Assembly: GCA_963695545.1 (NCBI GenBank)
Contig: OY968796.1
Coordinates: 1,952,001-2,016,000, forward strand
Direction of reading: 5' to 3'
Source of the DNA: Terriglobia bacterium
GTDB taxonomy: Bacteria > Acidobacteriota > Terriglobia > Acidiferrales > UBA7541
Length of the DNA: 64,000 bases
The notes below the pieces were generated by a model that saw only the letters and a list, made by a program, of their open reading frames with translations, was not told the origin of the DNA and searched no databases. The translations under genes were made by a program, and so were the position numbers. Of the stretch, positions 31,223 through 41,972 are shown in pieces. The first letter of the stretch is position 1. The number at the start of each line of letters is the position of its first letter.

Positions 31223-33505
31223 ATGCGACTCCTCCTGCGCACAATCGTCCTCACGGCCGCCATCGCACTCGCTGCCTGTTTGCCGGTCCACGCGCAACAG
31301 CCATGGCTCGAGATTCAGATGCCCACCGCGGCCGAAGTCGCAAGCCAATGGAAAACGCCGCCACCGGAATATGGACCGGAGCCCTACTACGGCTTCGGCG
31401 GCGCCATGGACGAAACCGTGATCAGCTACGATTTGGATTCCATGAAGGCCATGGGCTATCAGGCGATCACCGTGCAAGCCGGCGGAAGAGATATGCCCGA
31501 GCCGTATCTTTCAGAGGCCTACTTCAAACTTTTTCGCGTGTTCGTTGACGAAGCCAAAAAGCGCGACATGCGCATCTGGATCGTCGACGACGCCGGTTAT
31601 CCCAGCGGATTCGCGGGCGGCAAGTTCACCGAGTTCGCGCCGAATCTGCGCATGCAAGCGCTGGTCGTGGCGAAGAAAATCGATGTCGCCGCCGGCGGCA
31701 CTCTGTCACAGCCGGTCACTCCGGAAACTGTCGGCGCGATCGCGGTCGATGCCGGCGGCGCTTCGCAACCAGTGCCGGTGACAAATGGCGCGATCGATTG
31801 GACGGCTCCCGCGGGAAAGTGGACCGTCTTGATCGTCGAGCATCAGTTCAGTACCTCGCCCACGATGTCGGATACAAATCCCGTGCGCCGCAAAGACACT
31901 TCTCAATCGCTCGAGGATTATCTCGATCCCGCCGCAACCGCGCAGTACCTCGCGTTCACGCACGAACAGTACAAAAAATATGTCGGCGACGAGTTCGGCA
32001 AAACCATCATCGGTTTCCGCGGCGATGAGCCCGACTACTCCATCGGCGGCATTCCGTGGACGCCCGCGTTCTTCGATCGCTTCCAGCAGATCAAGGGTTA
32101 CGACGTGCGTCCCTACGTCGCAGGTTTTTTCGCGCCCAACATGACCGACGAGCAAAAGCGCGTGAAAGCCGACTATTGGGATGTTTTTTCGCTGATGTTC
32201 GCCTCGGCATTTTTTAAGCAGCAGGGCGATTGGTGCGCCGCCAACGGACTGGCCTATCAAGTGCACATCAATCATGAAGAGTTGGAAATGCAGCTGGTGC
32301 GCAGCGAAGGCGATTTCTTCCGCGACATGCGCTACGTGCAAGTCCCCGGCATCGACGCGATCTGGCACCAGATCTGGACCGACACGATCTCGGATTATCC
32401 GCGCCTCGCGTCTTCCGCCGCGCATTTGAACGGCTGGCAGAGAGCTTTCGTCGAAACTTTCGCGGCGTATCGCCCTATTCCCAACGTCGATCAGGCGCGC
32501 TACGTCCTAAATGAAGAGATGGTTCGCGGAGTCAATCAAGTCGAAATTATGTTTTTTCCCGCCAGCAGCGCCGTTTCGCTGAACGGGAACACGCCGAACA
32601 CCGGCGCGGGCAAACCCTCCGCGTTCATGAACGAGCCCGGTTTCCCCGACCTGATGCAGTACGTGCGCCGGCTAAGTTATCTGATGTCCATGGGACGGCC
32701 CGCCGCGTCCGTCGCGCTCTATATTCCTTCGAGTTCGATGTGGCTTGGCGATGCAGCCGCCGATCGCGCCTTCGTTTCCACCGAACGGCTGCTCTCCGAA
32801 CATCAGATCGATTTCGATATCGTAAGCGAAGACGCACTCGCCACGGAACTCATTCCCGGCAACGGCACTCTGACAACGCTCAGCGGAAACACGTATCGCA
32901 CGGTTATTCTCCCCGGCGAATCGCTTCTGTCGCAAGCCGCTCTCGATCGCCTGCACACCTTCGCCGCCGGCGGCGGCCGCGTTCTGTTTCTCGATCACAC
33001 GCCAAGCCTGATCTCCGGCCGAACGATTCGCGATGCGCGCGCCGCCACTCCCGCCGATTTTTCCTGGGCGCCCACTTTCCAATGGTGCGCGACCAAACCC
33101 TCTGACTTCTCTTGGCTCACCGACGAGGTGTGCCCCGAGCTTTCCCTGACGCCAACGCCCGGACAGTTTGCCCCTCCCGCCCCGCCGGCTCCACAGGACG
33201 TCCCTCCCACGTTTGTGGCCGCCCTCAGCGTCGTTACGCCACGCGATCTCGCACTCGACACGCCCGACACCTCTCTCCGCTACATGAAGCGCCAGCTCAA
33301 AGACGCCGCCGTGTATTTGTTCTTCAACGAAAGCGATCACGCTTTCTCCCGTCCCGTCACATTGATATGCAAAGGCAAGAGAACCGAAGTGTGGGACCCA
33401 CAAACCGCAAACATTCAGCCGATGCATTCGACGAGAGCGAAGAATTCCCTAAAGATCGACTTGGCGCTGCAGCCCTACGAAACGCGAGTCGTCGTGGTCC
33501 GCTAA
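31223..33505 (+). CDS. Secreted glycoside hydrolase (GH106 / alpha-L-rhamnosidase-like)
   Basis: Signal peptide, WIVDDAGYPSGFAGG, GFRGDEP, VPGIDAI. Confidence 0.7.
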   Translation: MRLLLRTIVLTAAIALAACLPVHAQQPWLEIQMPTAAEVASQWKTPPPEYGPEPYYGFGGAMDETVISYDLDSMKAMGYQAITVQAGGRDMPEPYLSEAYFKLFRVFVDEAKKRDMRIWIVDDAGYPSGFAGGKFTEFAPNLRMQALVVAKKIDVAAGGTLSQPVTPETVGAIAVDAGGASQPVPVTNGAIDWTAPAGKWTVLIVEHQFSTSPTMSDTNPVRRKDTSQSLEDYLDPAATAQYLAFTHEQYKKYVGDEFGKTIIGFRGDEPDYSIGGIPWTPAFFDRFQQIKGYDVRPYVAGFFAPNMTDEQKRVKADYWDVFSLMFASAFFKQQGDWCAANGLAYQVHINHEELEMQLVRSEGDFFRDMRYVQVPGIDAIWHQIWTDTISDYPRLASSAAHLNGWQRAFVETFAAYRPIPNVDQARYVLNEEMVRGVNQVEIMFFPASSAVSLNGNTPNTGAGKPSAFMNEPGFPDLMQYVRRLSYLMSMGRPAASVALYIPSSSMWLGDAAADRAFVSTERLLSEHQIDFDIVSEDALATELIPGNGTLTTLSGNTYRTVILPGESLLSQAALDRLHTFAAGGGRVLFLDHTPSLISGRTIRDARAATPADFSWAPTFQWCATKPSDFSWLTDEVCPELSLTPTPGQFAPPAPPAPQDVPPTFVAALSVVTPRDLALDTPDTSLRYMKRQLKDAAVYLFFNESDHAFSRPVTLICKGKRTEVWDPQTANIQPMHSTRAKNSLKIDLALQPYETRVVVVR

Positions 33506-33567
33506 AAAATCCTCGCGAGCGCCTCGCCCTCGCCGAACCAGACGCGTGTGGTATTCTCCGCGCTGCG

Positions 33568-34107
33568 ATGAGCGCTCCATCCGCCACGATCAGGATAAGT
33601 TTTCAACTGAGTCCGCGCGAGTGGTACCGCGCAAACGTCGCCATCGCCACCGTCAATCTCCGCACGCTTCGCATTTTCGCGTGGGTCAGCGTGGCCCTGC
33701 TGCTCGCGTGTGTCGTGGTCAAGGCCGCAGGCACTGGCCGTCCGGCCGCGGCCGCAACGAACCTCTTGCCGCTCTTTGTGATTTTGCCGATCGCCGTGAT
33801 AATCGGAACTTACCTGGCGCCCTACCCCGGTTCGAGATCCGTGTATAAAAACAGCGCAAGCCTGAAGAACACCATCCAATACTCGTTCTCTGGCGACAGC
33901 GTCACCCAGAAATCCGCCGCCGGCCGCTCCGAAGTTCTGTGGACCGCCTATCCCAAAGCGCGGGAAACTCGAGATTGGTTTCTTCTCTACACACAAAAGC
34001 GCTTGGCCCATCCTTTGCCGAAGCGCGCCTTTGCGAACGAAAATGAGATCACGGAATTCCGCGACCTCGTTCGACGCCGCGTAAAAAATGCTTCTCTGCG
34101 CGGTTGA
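33568..34107 (+). CDS. YcxB-like membrane protein
   Basis: Two TM helices then S.VLW....K.RET..WFLLY......PLPKRAF. Confidence 0.7.
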   Translation: MSAPSATIRISFQLSPREWYRANVAIATVNLRTLRIFAWVSVALLLACVVVKAAGTGRPAAAATNLLPLFVILPIAVIIGTYLAPYPGSRSVYKNSASLKNTIQYSFSGDSVTQKSAAGRSEVLWTAYPKARETRDWFLLYTQKRLAHPLPKRAFANENEITEFRDLVRRRVKNASLRG

Positions 34108-34116
34108 TCGCGCCGG

Positions 34117-35439
34117 TCAGTCGCTCGTCGCCGGAATTTGATCGGACGCTTCGCGCGTCATCATTCCCGAGGCCACCAACAATTCCCGCGCCGATTCGCG
34201 CAGCCCCGGCCAGCGCCGCCAGAACCAGAACGCCCCAAACACGCAGGCGACGCCCCCCAGCGCCACAGCCACAGGCGCGCCAATCCGGTCGGCCGCGGCT
34301 CCCGCGATCAGCGCGCCGAGCGGCGCCATGCCTCCGGTCATCATCGAGTAGAGCGACATCACGCGCCCGCGCAGTCGATCGGGTGCCATGGCTTGCAACA
34401 GCGTGTTCGTCGCCGCCATGTCCACCATCATGAAAAATCCCGATGGCACAAGCACGGCCACCGAAACCCACATCCAGCGCGAAAACGCAAACAGCACGAG
34501 CGATGCGCCGAACCACGCCGCCGACACAAAGACCCAGCGCCCCAGGCCTCTCACGTCCCTCCGCGTCGCCAGCGCCAGCGCGCCGAACAGAGCGCCGACG
34601 CCCGTGGCTCCCATCAGCCACCCGAGCCCTTGCACGCCGCCGTGTAGAATTCTGTCGGCAAAAATCGGCATCAGCACCGTCACCGGCATGGCCACGAAAC
34701 TCACCAGGCCTACCAACAGCAGCAGCGCCCCCACCGGCCCGGTCTGCCGGGCGAATCGAAACCCTTCGATCACGTTTTCGATGGCCGAATCGTTTTCTTC
34801 GAGCGCGGCCGGTTGATCGATGCGCATCAGCGCGAGGCCGACGATCACGGCGATGTAACTCACCGCGTTCGCAAAGAAGCACCAGCCGACTCCCAGCGCG
34901 GCCACCAGAATTCCCGCAATCGCCGGTCCCGCGACGCGCGCGCCGTTGAACATCGAAGAGTTCAGCGCCACGGCGTTCATCAGATCCTCGCGCTCCACCA
35001 TCTCCACCAGAAACGCCTGCCGCGCCGGAATGTCGAACGCGTTCACCACGCCCAGCATCGCCGCCAGCGTGATGATCTCCCAGACCGTCAGACGGCGCGC
35101 CAGCGCTAGGCCGGCCAGCGTGAACGCGACAATCATCGACGCGCTCTGCGTGGCGATCACCACCTTGTGCCGTTTCCAGCGATCGGCCACCAGGCCGCCC
35201 AATGGCGCGAGCAGAAATATCGGGATTCGGCTCGCGAATCCCACCACGCCCAGCAGCAGCGACGATCCCGTCAGCCGGTAGACCAGCCAGGCCTCCGCGA
35301 TCGTCTGCATCCACGTGCCGATCAGCGATATGAATTGCCCGCCGAAGAACAGCTGGAAATTGCGGTGACGCAACGCGCGGAAGGTCGTTTTGCTCCAGTG
35401 AGGTTGCTTGGCCGCTTGCGATTGGGAACTGTCGTTCAT
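34117..35439 (-). CDS. MFS transporter
   Basis: FRALRHRNFQLFFGGQ.ISLIGTWMQ, GGLVADRW, AFDIPARQ, LRGRVMS. Confidence 0.92.
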   Translation of the reverse strand: MNDSSQSQAAKQPHWSKTTFRALRHRNFQLFFGGQFISLIGTWMQTIAEAWLVYRLTGSSLLLGVVGFASRIPIFLLAPLGGLVADRWKRHKVVIATQSASMIVAFTLAGLALARRLTVWEIITLAAMLGVVNAFDIPARQAFLVEMVEREDLMNAVALNSSMFNGARVAGPAIAGILVAALGVGWCFFANAVSYIAVIVGLALMRIDQPAALEENDSAIENVIEGFRFARQTGPVGALLLLVGLVSFVAMPVTVLMPIFADRILHGGVQGLGWLMGATGVGALFGALALATRRDVRGLGRWVFVSAAWFGASLVLFAFSRWMWVSVAVLVPSGFFMMVDMAATNTLLQAMAPDRLRGRVMSLYSMMTGGMAPLGALIAGAAADRIGAPVAVALGGVACVFGAFWFWRRWPGLRESARELLVASGMMTREASDQIPATSD

Positions 35440-35587
35440 CTTCGATGGATGTCTATATTCTAGCGCAGCCGGCCTTCTCCGTGCCGCACGCGAAATCGCG
35501 CGTTGCGAAAACCAAACGCGAAGCGCAGTGGGGCGGCGGATTGTCGGTGCGTTCTTAGATGCTGTTTTGCGGAATGCTTTCGAGCCG

Positions 35588-36310
35588 TCAGGCCTGCAGC
35601 TTCTGCCGCTTGCTCGCTTCGCGCAGCCGGAACCAGATTCCCGGCACCAGGCTCAGGTAGAAAACCGCCCAGTAAATTTTCATGTTGAATGTGAATGCGT
35701 AAAGGAGTCCTCCCAGCGCGATGGCCCAGTGAAACACTTCTCCCAAAATTCCATTCAGCCAGTGCGCCTTGTTTCCTGCCGCAGGAACCCGCGGAAAGAT
35801 CGAATACCACAAGCGCGGCGCGCGCGCGCAATAGGCGCGGTAAGTTTCTCCCTGCGTCGCGGAAAGTTCCGCTTCTTCTCGCAGAATCAATCGGTAATGA
35901 AACACCACGATGGCCATGAACAGGAAAACGAAGCCCGCGCGGCTCGCCACCAATCCCACCCCCACGGCCATCAATATATTTCCGAGATAAAGCGGATTGC
36001 GCACATGGCGAAAAGGCCCGTCGGCCAGTAGGCGATCCGTCACTACCGTCCGCGATTGCATCACCGCGGTTTGCAAATACGCCGTGCCCCAGCTGCGCAG
36101 CGCCGCCGAAATCACCAGCACCGCCGCCGCGAACACAAACACGGCGCGGGTCCACGCGAAAAGGCTCATCTGCGGAAAATGCAGCGCCAGCAATTGAGCC
36201 ACCCACTCGCCCGCCTGTACGTGGTCCAGCCAGTAGAATTCAAAGCCGATCAGGAAAATCGAGATGATGAACCAGCGGCGATTCCGAAATTCAAACAGCG
36301 TGGCCTTCAT
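35588..36310 (-). CDS. Isoprenylcysteine carboxyl methyltransferase family protein
   Basis: GPFRHVRNPLYLG, REEAEL....GETYRAYC..APR. Confidence 0.82.
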   Translation of the reverse strand: MKATLFEFRNRRWFIISIFLIGFEFYWLDHVQAGEWVAQLLALHFPQMSLFAWTRAVFVFAAAVLVISAALRSWGTAYLQTAVMQSRTVVTDRLLADGPFRHVRNPLYLGNILMAVGVGLVASRAGFVFLFMAIVVFHYRLILREEAELSATQGETYRAYCARAPRLWYSIFPRVPAAGNKAHWLNGILGEVFHWAIALGGLLYAFTFNMKIYWAVFYLSLVPGIWFRLREASKRQKLQA

Positions 36311-36408
36311 CGAATCTCCGTCGGCCTCTGCCGTCGCGTCGCGCTTTTAGCCGCGCGCGGCCGCAAGCGCGTGCTCTTCTTGAATTACGCAAGGGAATCA
36401 ATCGAAGT

Positions 36409-37572
36409 TCAATCGGTGAAGACGATGCCTACCGCGGTTTCATCCTTGTTGCGCGCCGGCTCGATGCGCACCACGGTGCCGCGCAGCCGCATCGGCGCGT
36501 TGCCGGAATCCCCGCCGCCGGGGCTGTCGATCAAAACCTGCAATTCCGATTGCAGCTTGGGGCTGTGCGCCAAATTCACCAGCGCTCCGTGCAAACTGAG
36601 ATCGCGAATCACAGTTTCTTCCTCAAAAGCTTTTCCTTCGCCGGTAAACCCCGTGATCCGCGCGCGGAAGTGCGCTTCGCGCCGCAGTCCTTCGGCCACG
36701 TTCGGAATCACCACGCCGAATTCTTTTTGCCCAACCGTGAGCACCATTCCTTCCGTCGCCGCCCACACGTTCGCAAAACTCCCGCGCGCCGCGCGCAAAA
36801 TCGCGTCGATGGCTTTGTCGGACGAATCCGGGTCGTGGTGAAAAAGCACCAAGTTGCGCACGCCGGCCTCTTCCGCAATACGCACGCCTTCGAGCCAGCT
36901 CGAATGTCCCCATCCCTTGCGCGTCGAGGCCAGTTGTTCGGGCGTGAATTGCGCGTCGTTCACGAACACGTCCGCGCCGGCGGCCAGCTCGCGAAGGTTG
37001 CGGTCCAGCTTCGCGTCGCCCGGCTCGTTGTCCGTCGCATAAACGATCGTGCCCGCCGGCGTCTCGAACCGAAATCCCAGGCAGCCCTGCGGATGATTCA
37101 GCCAGCACGCCGTCACGCGCGTGCCTTTCACATCGAGCGTTTCGCCGCCGCCCACTTCCGTAAATTCGCGCCCCGCCGACATGGCGCTCAAATCCACCGG
37201 AAAATATGGATGCGCCATCTGCGCTTCAAAAACGCGCTTCAAACTATCGCGCCCCAGGAATTCCGAGCGGAAACTGTAAAAATGGAACCGATTCTGCGGC
37301 GCGTAGAGCGGCGAAAAAAATGGCAACCCTTGAATGTGGTCCCAGTGATAGTGCGTGACGAAAATGTGCGCGCGGACCGGATCCTCGCCGCTCGCCCACT
37401 GTTTCCCCAGCATGCGCAGCCCGGTCCCGCAATCCAGAATGAATCGCGTGCCGTCCGGCGCGGTCAGCTCAAGGCAAGGCGTGTTTCCGCCATAGCGCCA
37501 AGTGTCGCGGTCCACGGTCGGCGTCGAACCGCGCACTCCCCAGAAACTCAGCGTGGCTGCGGATTTGGGCAT
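36409..37572 (-). CDS. MBL-fold metallo-hydrolase fused to a C-terminal PilZ-like domain
   Basis: FWGVRGS, YGGNTPC, THYHWDHIQG, GWGHS, LFHHDP; C-terminal LRREAHF...IRDLSLHGA...GTVVRI...VGIVF. Confidence 0.85.
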   Translation of the reverse strand: MPKSAATLSFWGVRGSTPTVDRDTWRYGGNTPCLELTAPDGTRFILDCGTGLRMLGKQWASGEDPVRAHIFVTHYHWDHIQGLPFFSPLYAPQNRFHFYSFRSEFLGRDSLKRVFEAQMAHPYFPVDLSAMSAGREFTEVGGGETLDVKGTRVTACWLNHPQGCLGFRFETPAGTIVYATDNEPGDAKLDRNLRELAAGADVFVNDAQFTPEQLASTRKGWGHSSWLEGVRIAEEAGVRNLVLFHHDPDSSDKAIDAILRAARGSFANVWAATEGMVLTVGQKEFGVVIPNVAEGLRREAHFRARITGFTGEGKAFEEETVIRDLSLHGALVNLAHSPKLQSELQVLIDSPGGGDSGNAPMRLRGTVVRIEPARNKDETAVGIVFTD

Positions 37573-37801
37573 CGAGTCGGGTAGGAGCCCGCTTTCGGCC
37601 GCGGCGAGCGAGCTCGCGAGAGGGTTCGCGGCGGAAAATCGGCACCTTTTGAATCGTAAGCAGCGCCCGAAGTGAAGTCAATTAACATTGCAATCGCGCG
37701 TGCGCAACGCGCATCGCCGCTCCCGCACACGACGTTGCGCCCACGCCTCGCCGCGTTCCGAGATTCGTGCACTTCCGCCCGGGCCTCGCTAGAATGTGCT
37801 C

Positions 37802-38761
37802 ATGCACGTTCACGCTGCCGGCGAACGCCACGCTCAGGGTCACACTCATGCCCATGCGCATGATGCAGCCTCCATGAGCCGCGGCCTGCTCGTCGGCGCG
37901 ATCACTTCGACGCTCGCGCTGATTGCGCTTGAAATAGTTGGCGGCACGCTCGGCCACTCGATCGCGCTCGTCAGCGACGCCGTTCACAACCTCGCCGACG
38001 TCCCCATGCTTTTCATTTCCTGGCTCGCCGCGCGCCTGGCTGAGCTGCCCGCTGATTCGCATCGCACCTTCGGTTATCGCCGCGCCGGAATTTTGGGCGC
38101 GTTCACCAACGGAGTTTTGCTCATTCTTGTGGCTGCGGGCTTGCTCTACGAGGTGTACCAGCGATTTCTGCATCCCGCCGCCGTCGGCGCCGGCTGGATG
38201 ATCGGCGTTTCGCTTGTCGCGCTCGCGGTCAATGGCGGCATCACGCTTGCGCTCGTCCGCGGCCGCCGCGATCTCAATCTGCGCAGCATCTACATCCACA
38301 ATTTGGGCGACTCGCTCTCAAACATCGGCGTGCTCATCGGCGCGGTGATTCTGCATTACACCCGCGCCGCCTGGATCGATCCCGCCATCGCCGCCATCAT
38401 CGGCCTTCTCGTGCTCTGGTCCACGATCGGTATTCTGCGCGAATCCGGCAACATTCTTCTTGAAGGTTTGCCCGCGGGCCTCGAGGTCGAGCGCGTCGCC
38501 CGTTCCATCCTGAAAGTCCCCGGCGTCCGCGAGGTCCACGACATTCATATCTGGACGCTCGGCACCGACATGCACGCTCTCTCCTGCCACGTCCGCGTCC
38601 CCGACATGCACATGGACGAAAGCGAAAAAATCGTCACCGCCATCTGCAAGCAGCTCGATTCCGAATTCCACATCTCCCACATCACCGTGCAAGTCGAACG
38701 CGCCGGCCTCCCCGCCGACGCCGGCTACTTCATGCCAGAACCCTTCGAGAGCGCGAAGTAA
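37802..38761 (+). CDS. Cation diffusion facilitator (CzcD/ZitB-like)
   Basis: His-rich N-terminus, SDAVHNLAD, TFGYRR, IHNLGD, VHDIHIW, HITVQVE. Confidence 0.93.
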   Translation: MHVHAAGERHAQGHTHAHAHDAASMSRGLLVGAITSTLALIALEIVGGTLGHSIALVSDAVHNLADVPMLFISWLAARLAELPADSHRTFGYRRAGILGAFTNGVLLILVAAGLLYEVYQRFLHPAAVGAGWMIGVSLVALAVNGGITLALVRGRRDLNLRSIYIHNLGDSLSNIGVLIGAVILHYTRAAWIDPAIAAIIGLLVLWSTIGILRESGNILLEGLPAGLEVERVARSILKVPGVREVHDIHIWTLGTDMHALSCHVRVPDMHMDESEKIVTAICKQLDSEFHISHITVQVERAGLPADAGYFMPEPFESAK

Positions 38762-38827
38762 CTCGCCTCTGCACAGCTCGGCTTGGCTCCCCATACGATG
38801 TTCGGCGCCAGGAGGCGAAGAGGAACG

Positions 38828-39013
38828 ATGAGAGCGACGCTGAATATCATCGCTGTTCTTATGGTTCTAGGGGGCGCCGTGTGGTTCCTGCAAGGAATCA
38901 ACGTGATACCCGGCAGTTTCATGACCGGACAGACTCGCTGGGCCATCTACGGCGGCATCGCCGTCGCAGCAGGCATCGTTCTATTTCTGTTGGCTAATCG
39001 GCCGCGAAAATAA
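38828..39013 (+). CDS. Small two-TM hypothetical protein
   Basis: GAVWFLQGINVIPGSFMTGQ.RW; AGAGGA RBS. Confidence 0.7.
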   Translation: MRATLNIIAVLMVLGGAVWFLQGINVIPGSFMTGQTRWAIYGGIAVAAGIVLFLLANRPRK

Positions 39014-39044
39014 TCGTGATCAAGAAAATACCCATCACTGTGGC

Positions 39045-39728
39045 TCAATACACGTACGGAATAAATTTCCTCGTATGCGCGGCGTAGGTATCAAATTGGC
39101 CGCCGTATTTTTTCTTCAGGTATCTGTCGAGCATCGGGATGTTTGCAAATACGAATCCGAACGCCATGAGCGCGGGAATTGCGAGCCCCCAGAGTGACCC
39201 GGCGATCAGCGCGTATCCCAGGAATAGAAGTTCATCTCCGAAATAATTGATGTGCCGGGAATAGCGGAAAAGCCCTCCGGTGTACAGCCGGCCTTTGTTG
39301 CCGGGATTTTCCTTCCATCGATAGCGCAAGTATTCCGATCCAGTATTGAAGTACGAACCCAGAACATACAAAAGAATGCCCGCGACCTGACCCCATCCGA
39401 ACGGTTTCGCGTTCGTGCGTCCGAAAAAAGCAAACAGCGCATGGATGAAGACAACCCACACGCCTATGCCCAACGCCTCGCCGTAACCGACCTTGCGCTT
39501 ATACAAATGCAGAGTGCCGTAGCATATCCTCGCGAAATAGATCGCTGCGCATGCGAATACCAGCGCGCGCGTCAAGATGTGATCGGGTGCGGCGGTTTTG
39601 CCTGTCCACCGAAAAAGGGCCCCAAAACCGGGGCCAAAGAGGATCCATGCTGCGGCGCACACAGCAATCGCGTGAATCACCGTGAGAACGATCTTGGCGC
39701 CGAGCGACCTGTCATATTCACCATACAT
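39045..39728 (-). CDS. DUF1295 / steroid 5-alpha-reductase-like membrane protein
   Basis: LYTGGLFRYSRHINYFGD, YLKKKYG, T.KFIPYVY. Confidence 0.8.
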   Translation of the reverse strand: MYGEYDRSLGAKIVLTVIHAIAVCAAAWILFGPGFGALFRWTGKTAAPDHILTRALVFACAAIYFARICYGTLHLYKRKVGYGEALGIGVWVVFIHALFAFFGRTNAKPFGWGQVAGILLYVLGSYFNTGSEYLRYRWKENPGNKGRLYTGGLFRYSRHINYFGDELLFLGYALIAGSLWGLAIPALMAFGFVFANIPMLDRYLKKKYGGQFDTYAAHTRKFIPYVY

Positions 39729-39923
39729 GTAGCGATCATAATACTGCCGGGTACACGGTCGATGTGAGAGACGTGCCCGACTCTCAATCACGGCATTTCA
39801 CACTGGTTGATAGACTCAGTCGGCCGACATTTTCCCATTTTGAGATTGTCCCGCCACGCGCATTGGCCGACGCGGCGGCAACTGTTACAATTCTCAATTC
39901 GATTGATCTTGCCGAGGCTGCTG

Positions 39924-41255
39924 ATGGCTCGCATCTTTCCGTTCCAGGCGTATCGCTACAATCCGGGGCGCGTCAAGCTTGAAGACGTCGCCACGCAGCC
40001 CTACGACAAGATTTCCCCGGCCATGCAGGAGCGCTATTACGCCTCAAATCCCTACAATTTGATTTCGGTGGAGAAGGGCAAGGCGCGGCCCGATGATTCG
40101 CCGTCAGACAACGTGTACACACGCGCCGCGCAAACGCTCGAAGAATGGATCGCGGCAGGCGTGCTGCTTCGCGATCCCGTTGCTTCTCTCTACGCCTACA
40201 TCCAGAAATATACGGCGCCCGGCGAAACAACAGAACGCACGCGCAAAGGGCTGATCGCCATCGGTCAGATTGAAGATTATTCCGCCGGCGTGATTTTTCG
40301 CCACGAGCAGACGCTCTCCGGCCCCAAAGCCGATCGCCTCGAATTGTTGCGCCACACCAAAACGCACACCGGCCAGCTCTTCATGCTTTACACCGATCCC
40401 GCGCTCCGTGTGGAGGCGCAGCTCGACCGAATCTCCGCGCTTCCGCCCACGGCCGAAGCGCGCGACGACCTCGGCGTGCTGCACCAACTCTGGGCCATCA
40501 CCGATCCCGCCGTGATTCCATCGATCCAAAGCGATCTCGCCGATAAAAAACTCGCGATCGCCGACGGTCACCATCGCTACGAAACCGCGCTCGCCTATCG
40601 CGATGAATGCCGCGCACGAACCGGAAGCACCGATCGATCTGTGCCGTATGAACGCGTGATGATGACGCTATTCAACACGGCCGGCGAAGGGCTGATCGTT
40701 CTGCCGACGCATCGCGTGGTTTCCCACTTGCCCGATTTTTCTTTCGACCGCTTTCGCGAGCGCGTGCAGGCTCAATTCGATTGCCGATCGTATTCTTTCG
40801 CTGGTAGCGCGGCGCGCGCCGCGGCCTGGGGAATTTTCCGCAGTCACCTCGCGCAGTCGGTTGGCGAGCGGCCCGGCATCGGCGTGTACGCCGGCGGCGA
40901 CGCCTTCCATCTGTTCACGCTGCGCGCCGATGCGAATCTTGACGCGCTGTTGCCGGACGTCTCCGCCGCGCAGCGGCGCCTCGACGTCGTGCTTCTGCAC
41001 AGATTGCTGATCGAGCGCGGCTTGGGAATCACCGCCGAAGCCGTTAAAGGCGAGCGCAATCTAACTTACGAGCGGGAAATGGAAGCGGCCATCGCCGATG
41101 TGGATCGCGGCGACGCCCAACTTTGTTTCTTGCTGAACGCGATTTCCGCCGAGCAGGTCGCGCAAATTGCGTTCGCCGGCGAAGTGCTGCCTCAGAAATC
41201 GACCGACTTCTATCCAAAACTTCTGAGCGGATTGACGCTCTATCGTTTGGATTAA
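39924..41255 (+). CDS. DUF1015 family protein
   Basis: PYDKIS, HEQT, IADGHHRYETA, LPTHR, PQKSTDFYPKLLSGL. Confidence 0.9.
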   Translation: MARIFPFQAYRYNPGRVKLEDVATQPYDKISPAMQERYYASNPYNLISVEKGKARPDDSPSDNVYTRAAQTLEEWIAAGVLLRDPVASLYAYIQKYTAPGETTERTRKGLIAIGQIEDYSAGVIFRHEQTLSGPKADRLELLRHTKTHTGQLFMLYTDPALRVEAQLDRISALPPTAEARDDLGVLHQLWAITDPAVIPSIQSDLADKKLAIADGHHRYETALAYRDECRARTGSTDRSVPYERVMMTLFNTAGEGLIVLPTHRVVSHLPDFSFDRFRERVQAQFDCRSYSFAGSAARAAAWGIFRSHLAQSVGERPGIGVYAGGDAFHLFTLRADANLDALLPDVSAAQRRLDVVLLHRLLIERGLGITAEAVKGERNLTYEREMEAAIADVDRGDAQLCFLLNAISAEQVAQIAFAGEVLPQKSTDFYPKLLSGLTLYRLD

Positions 41256-41340
41256 ACCGCTGGAATAATCGGCGAGCGAAAAATAATTCGCGGCCAGGCC
41301 GCTGCGGCTCGGCCCGGCCGCGAATTGAAATTCCAAGCGG

Positions 41341-41685
41341 CTACCTGAAGCTCGCGATGGCCGCGGTCTCCGTGTCGTGCACTTCAAAAACGGTGAGCAA
41401 TTTCGTCACCTGCAAAACTTCCTGGAATTTCGCTCCGAGGTTCGAGAGGCGCAGCGATGCTCCCTGCGTGCGCGCGCTGTGGTGCGAGGCCACCAGCGTG
41501 CCAAGGCCCGCGCTGTCGATGTAGGTCACGTTCGCCATATTCAGAACTATTTTCTTCTTGCCCGCGGCCAGCAGTCGCTTCACCCCTTCACGCAGCGCGT
41601 TGCTTTCTTCGCCCAGCACGATGCGTCCGTCAAGCGACAATATCGAAATCCCGTTCTCTTCGCGTTCCGTGATTTTCAGGGCCAC
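41341..41685 (-). CDS. STAS-domain anti-sigma factor antagonist
   Basis: GRIVLGEES, YIDSAGLGTLV, LQVTKLLTVF. Confidence 0.92.
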   Translation of the reverse strand: MALKITEREENGISILSLDGRIVLGEESNALREGVKRLLAAGKKKIVLNMANVTYIDSAGLGTLVASHHSARTQGASLRLSNLGAKFQEVLQVTKLLTVFEVHDTETAAIASFR

Positions 41686-41744
41686 AGTACTTCCTCCTCT
41701 TTCAATCCCGCAGGGCGCGCGTTCAAGCCGCGCGGCCGATGGGC

Positions 41745-41972
41745 TCAGTAGAAATCAGAACATGACATGTAATACCCGCATCGCGTGCAGATCATCTTGC
41801 ACCGTTGCGGCTCGAGCTTTGCCGAACACGAAGGACAGAAACTCGCGGGCACTTCATCGCCCAGGCGCGCTCGCTCTCTCGCGCCGGCTCGCCCAGAGTT
41901 CACTCCCGATATTGCTTTGTTTTCGAGCAACGCGAAATCCGTTTCAGCAACGCGCTCCGCGCGGACCGTCAT
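41745..41972 (-). CDS. Small Cys-rich zinc-finger protein (true start probably downstream)
   Basis: CPSCSAKL...[18 protein letters not shown]. Confidence 0.6.
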   Translation of the reverse strand: MTVRAERVAETDFALLENKAISGVNSGRAGARERARLGDEVPASFCPSCSAKLEPQRCKMICTRCGYYMSCSDFY

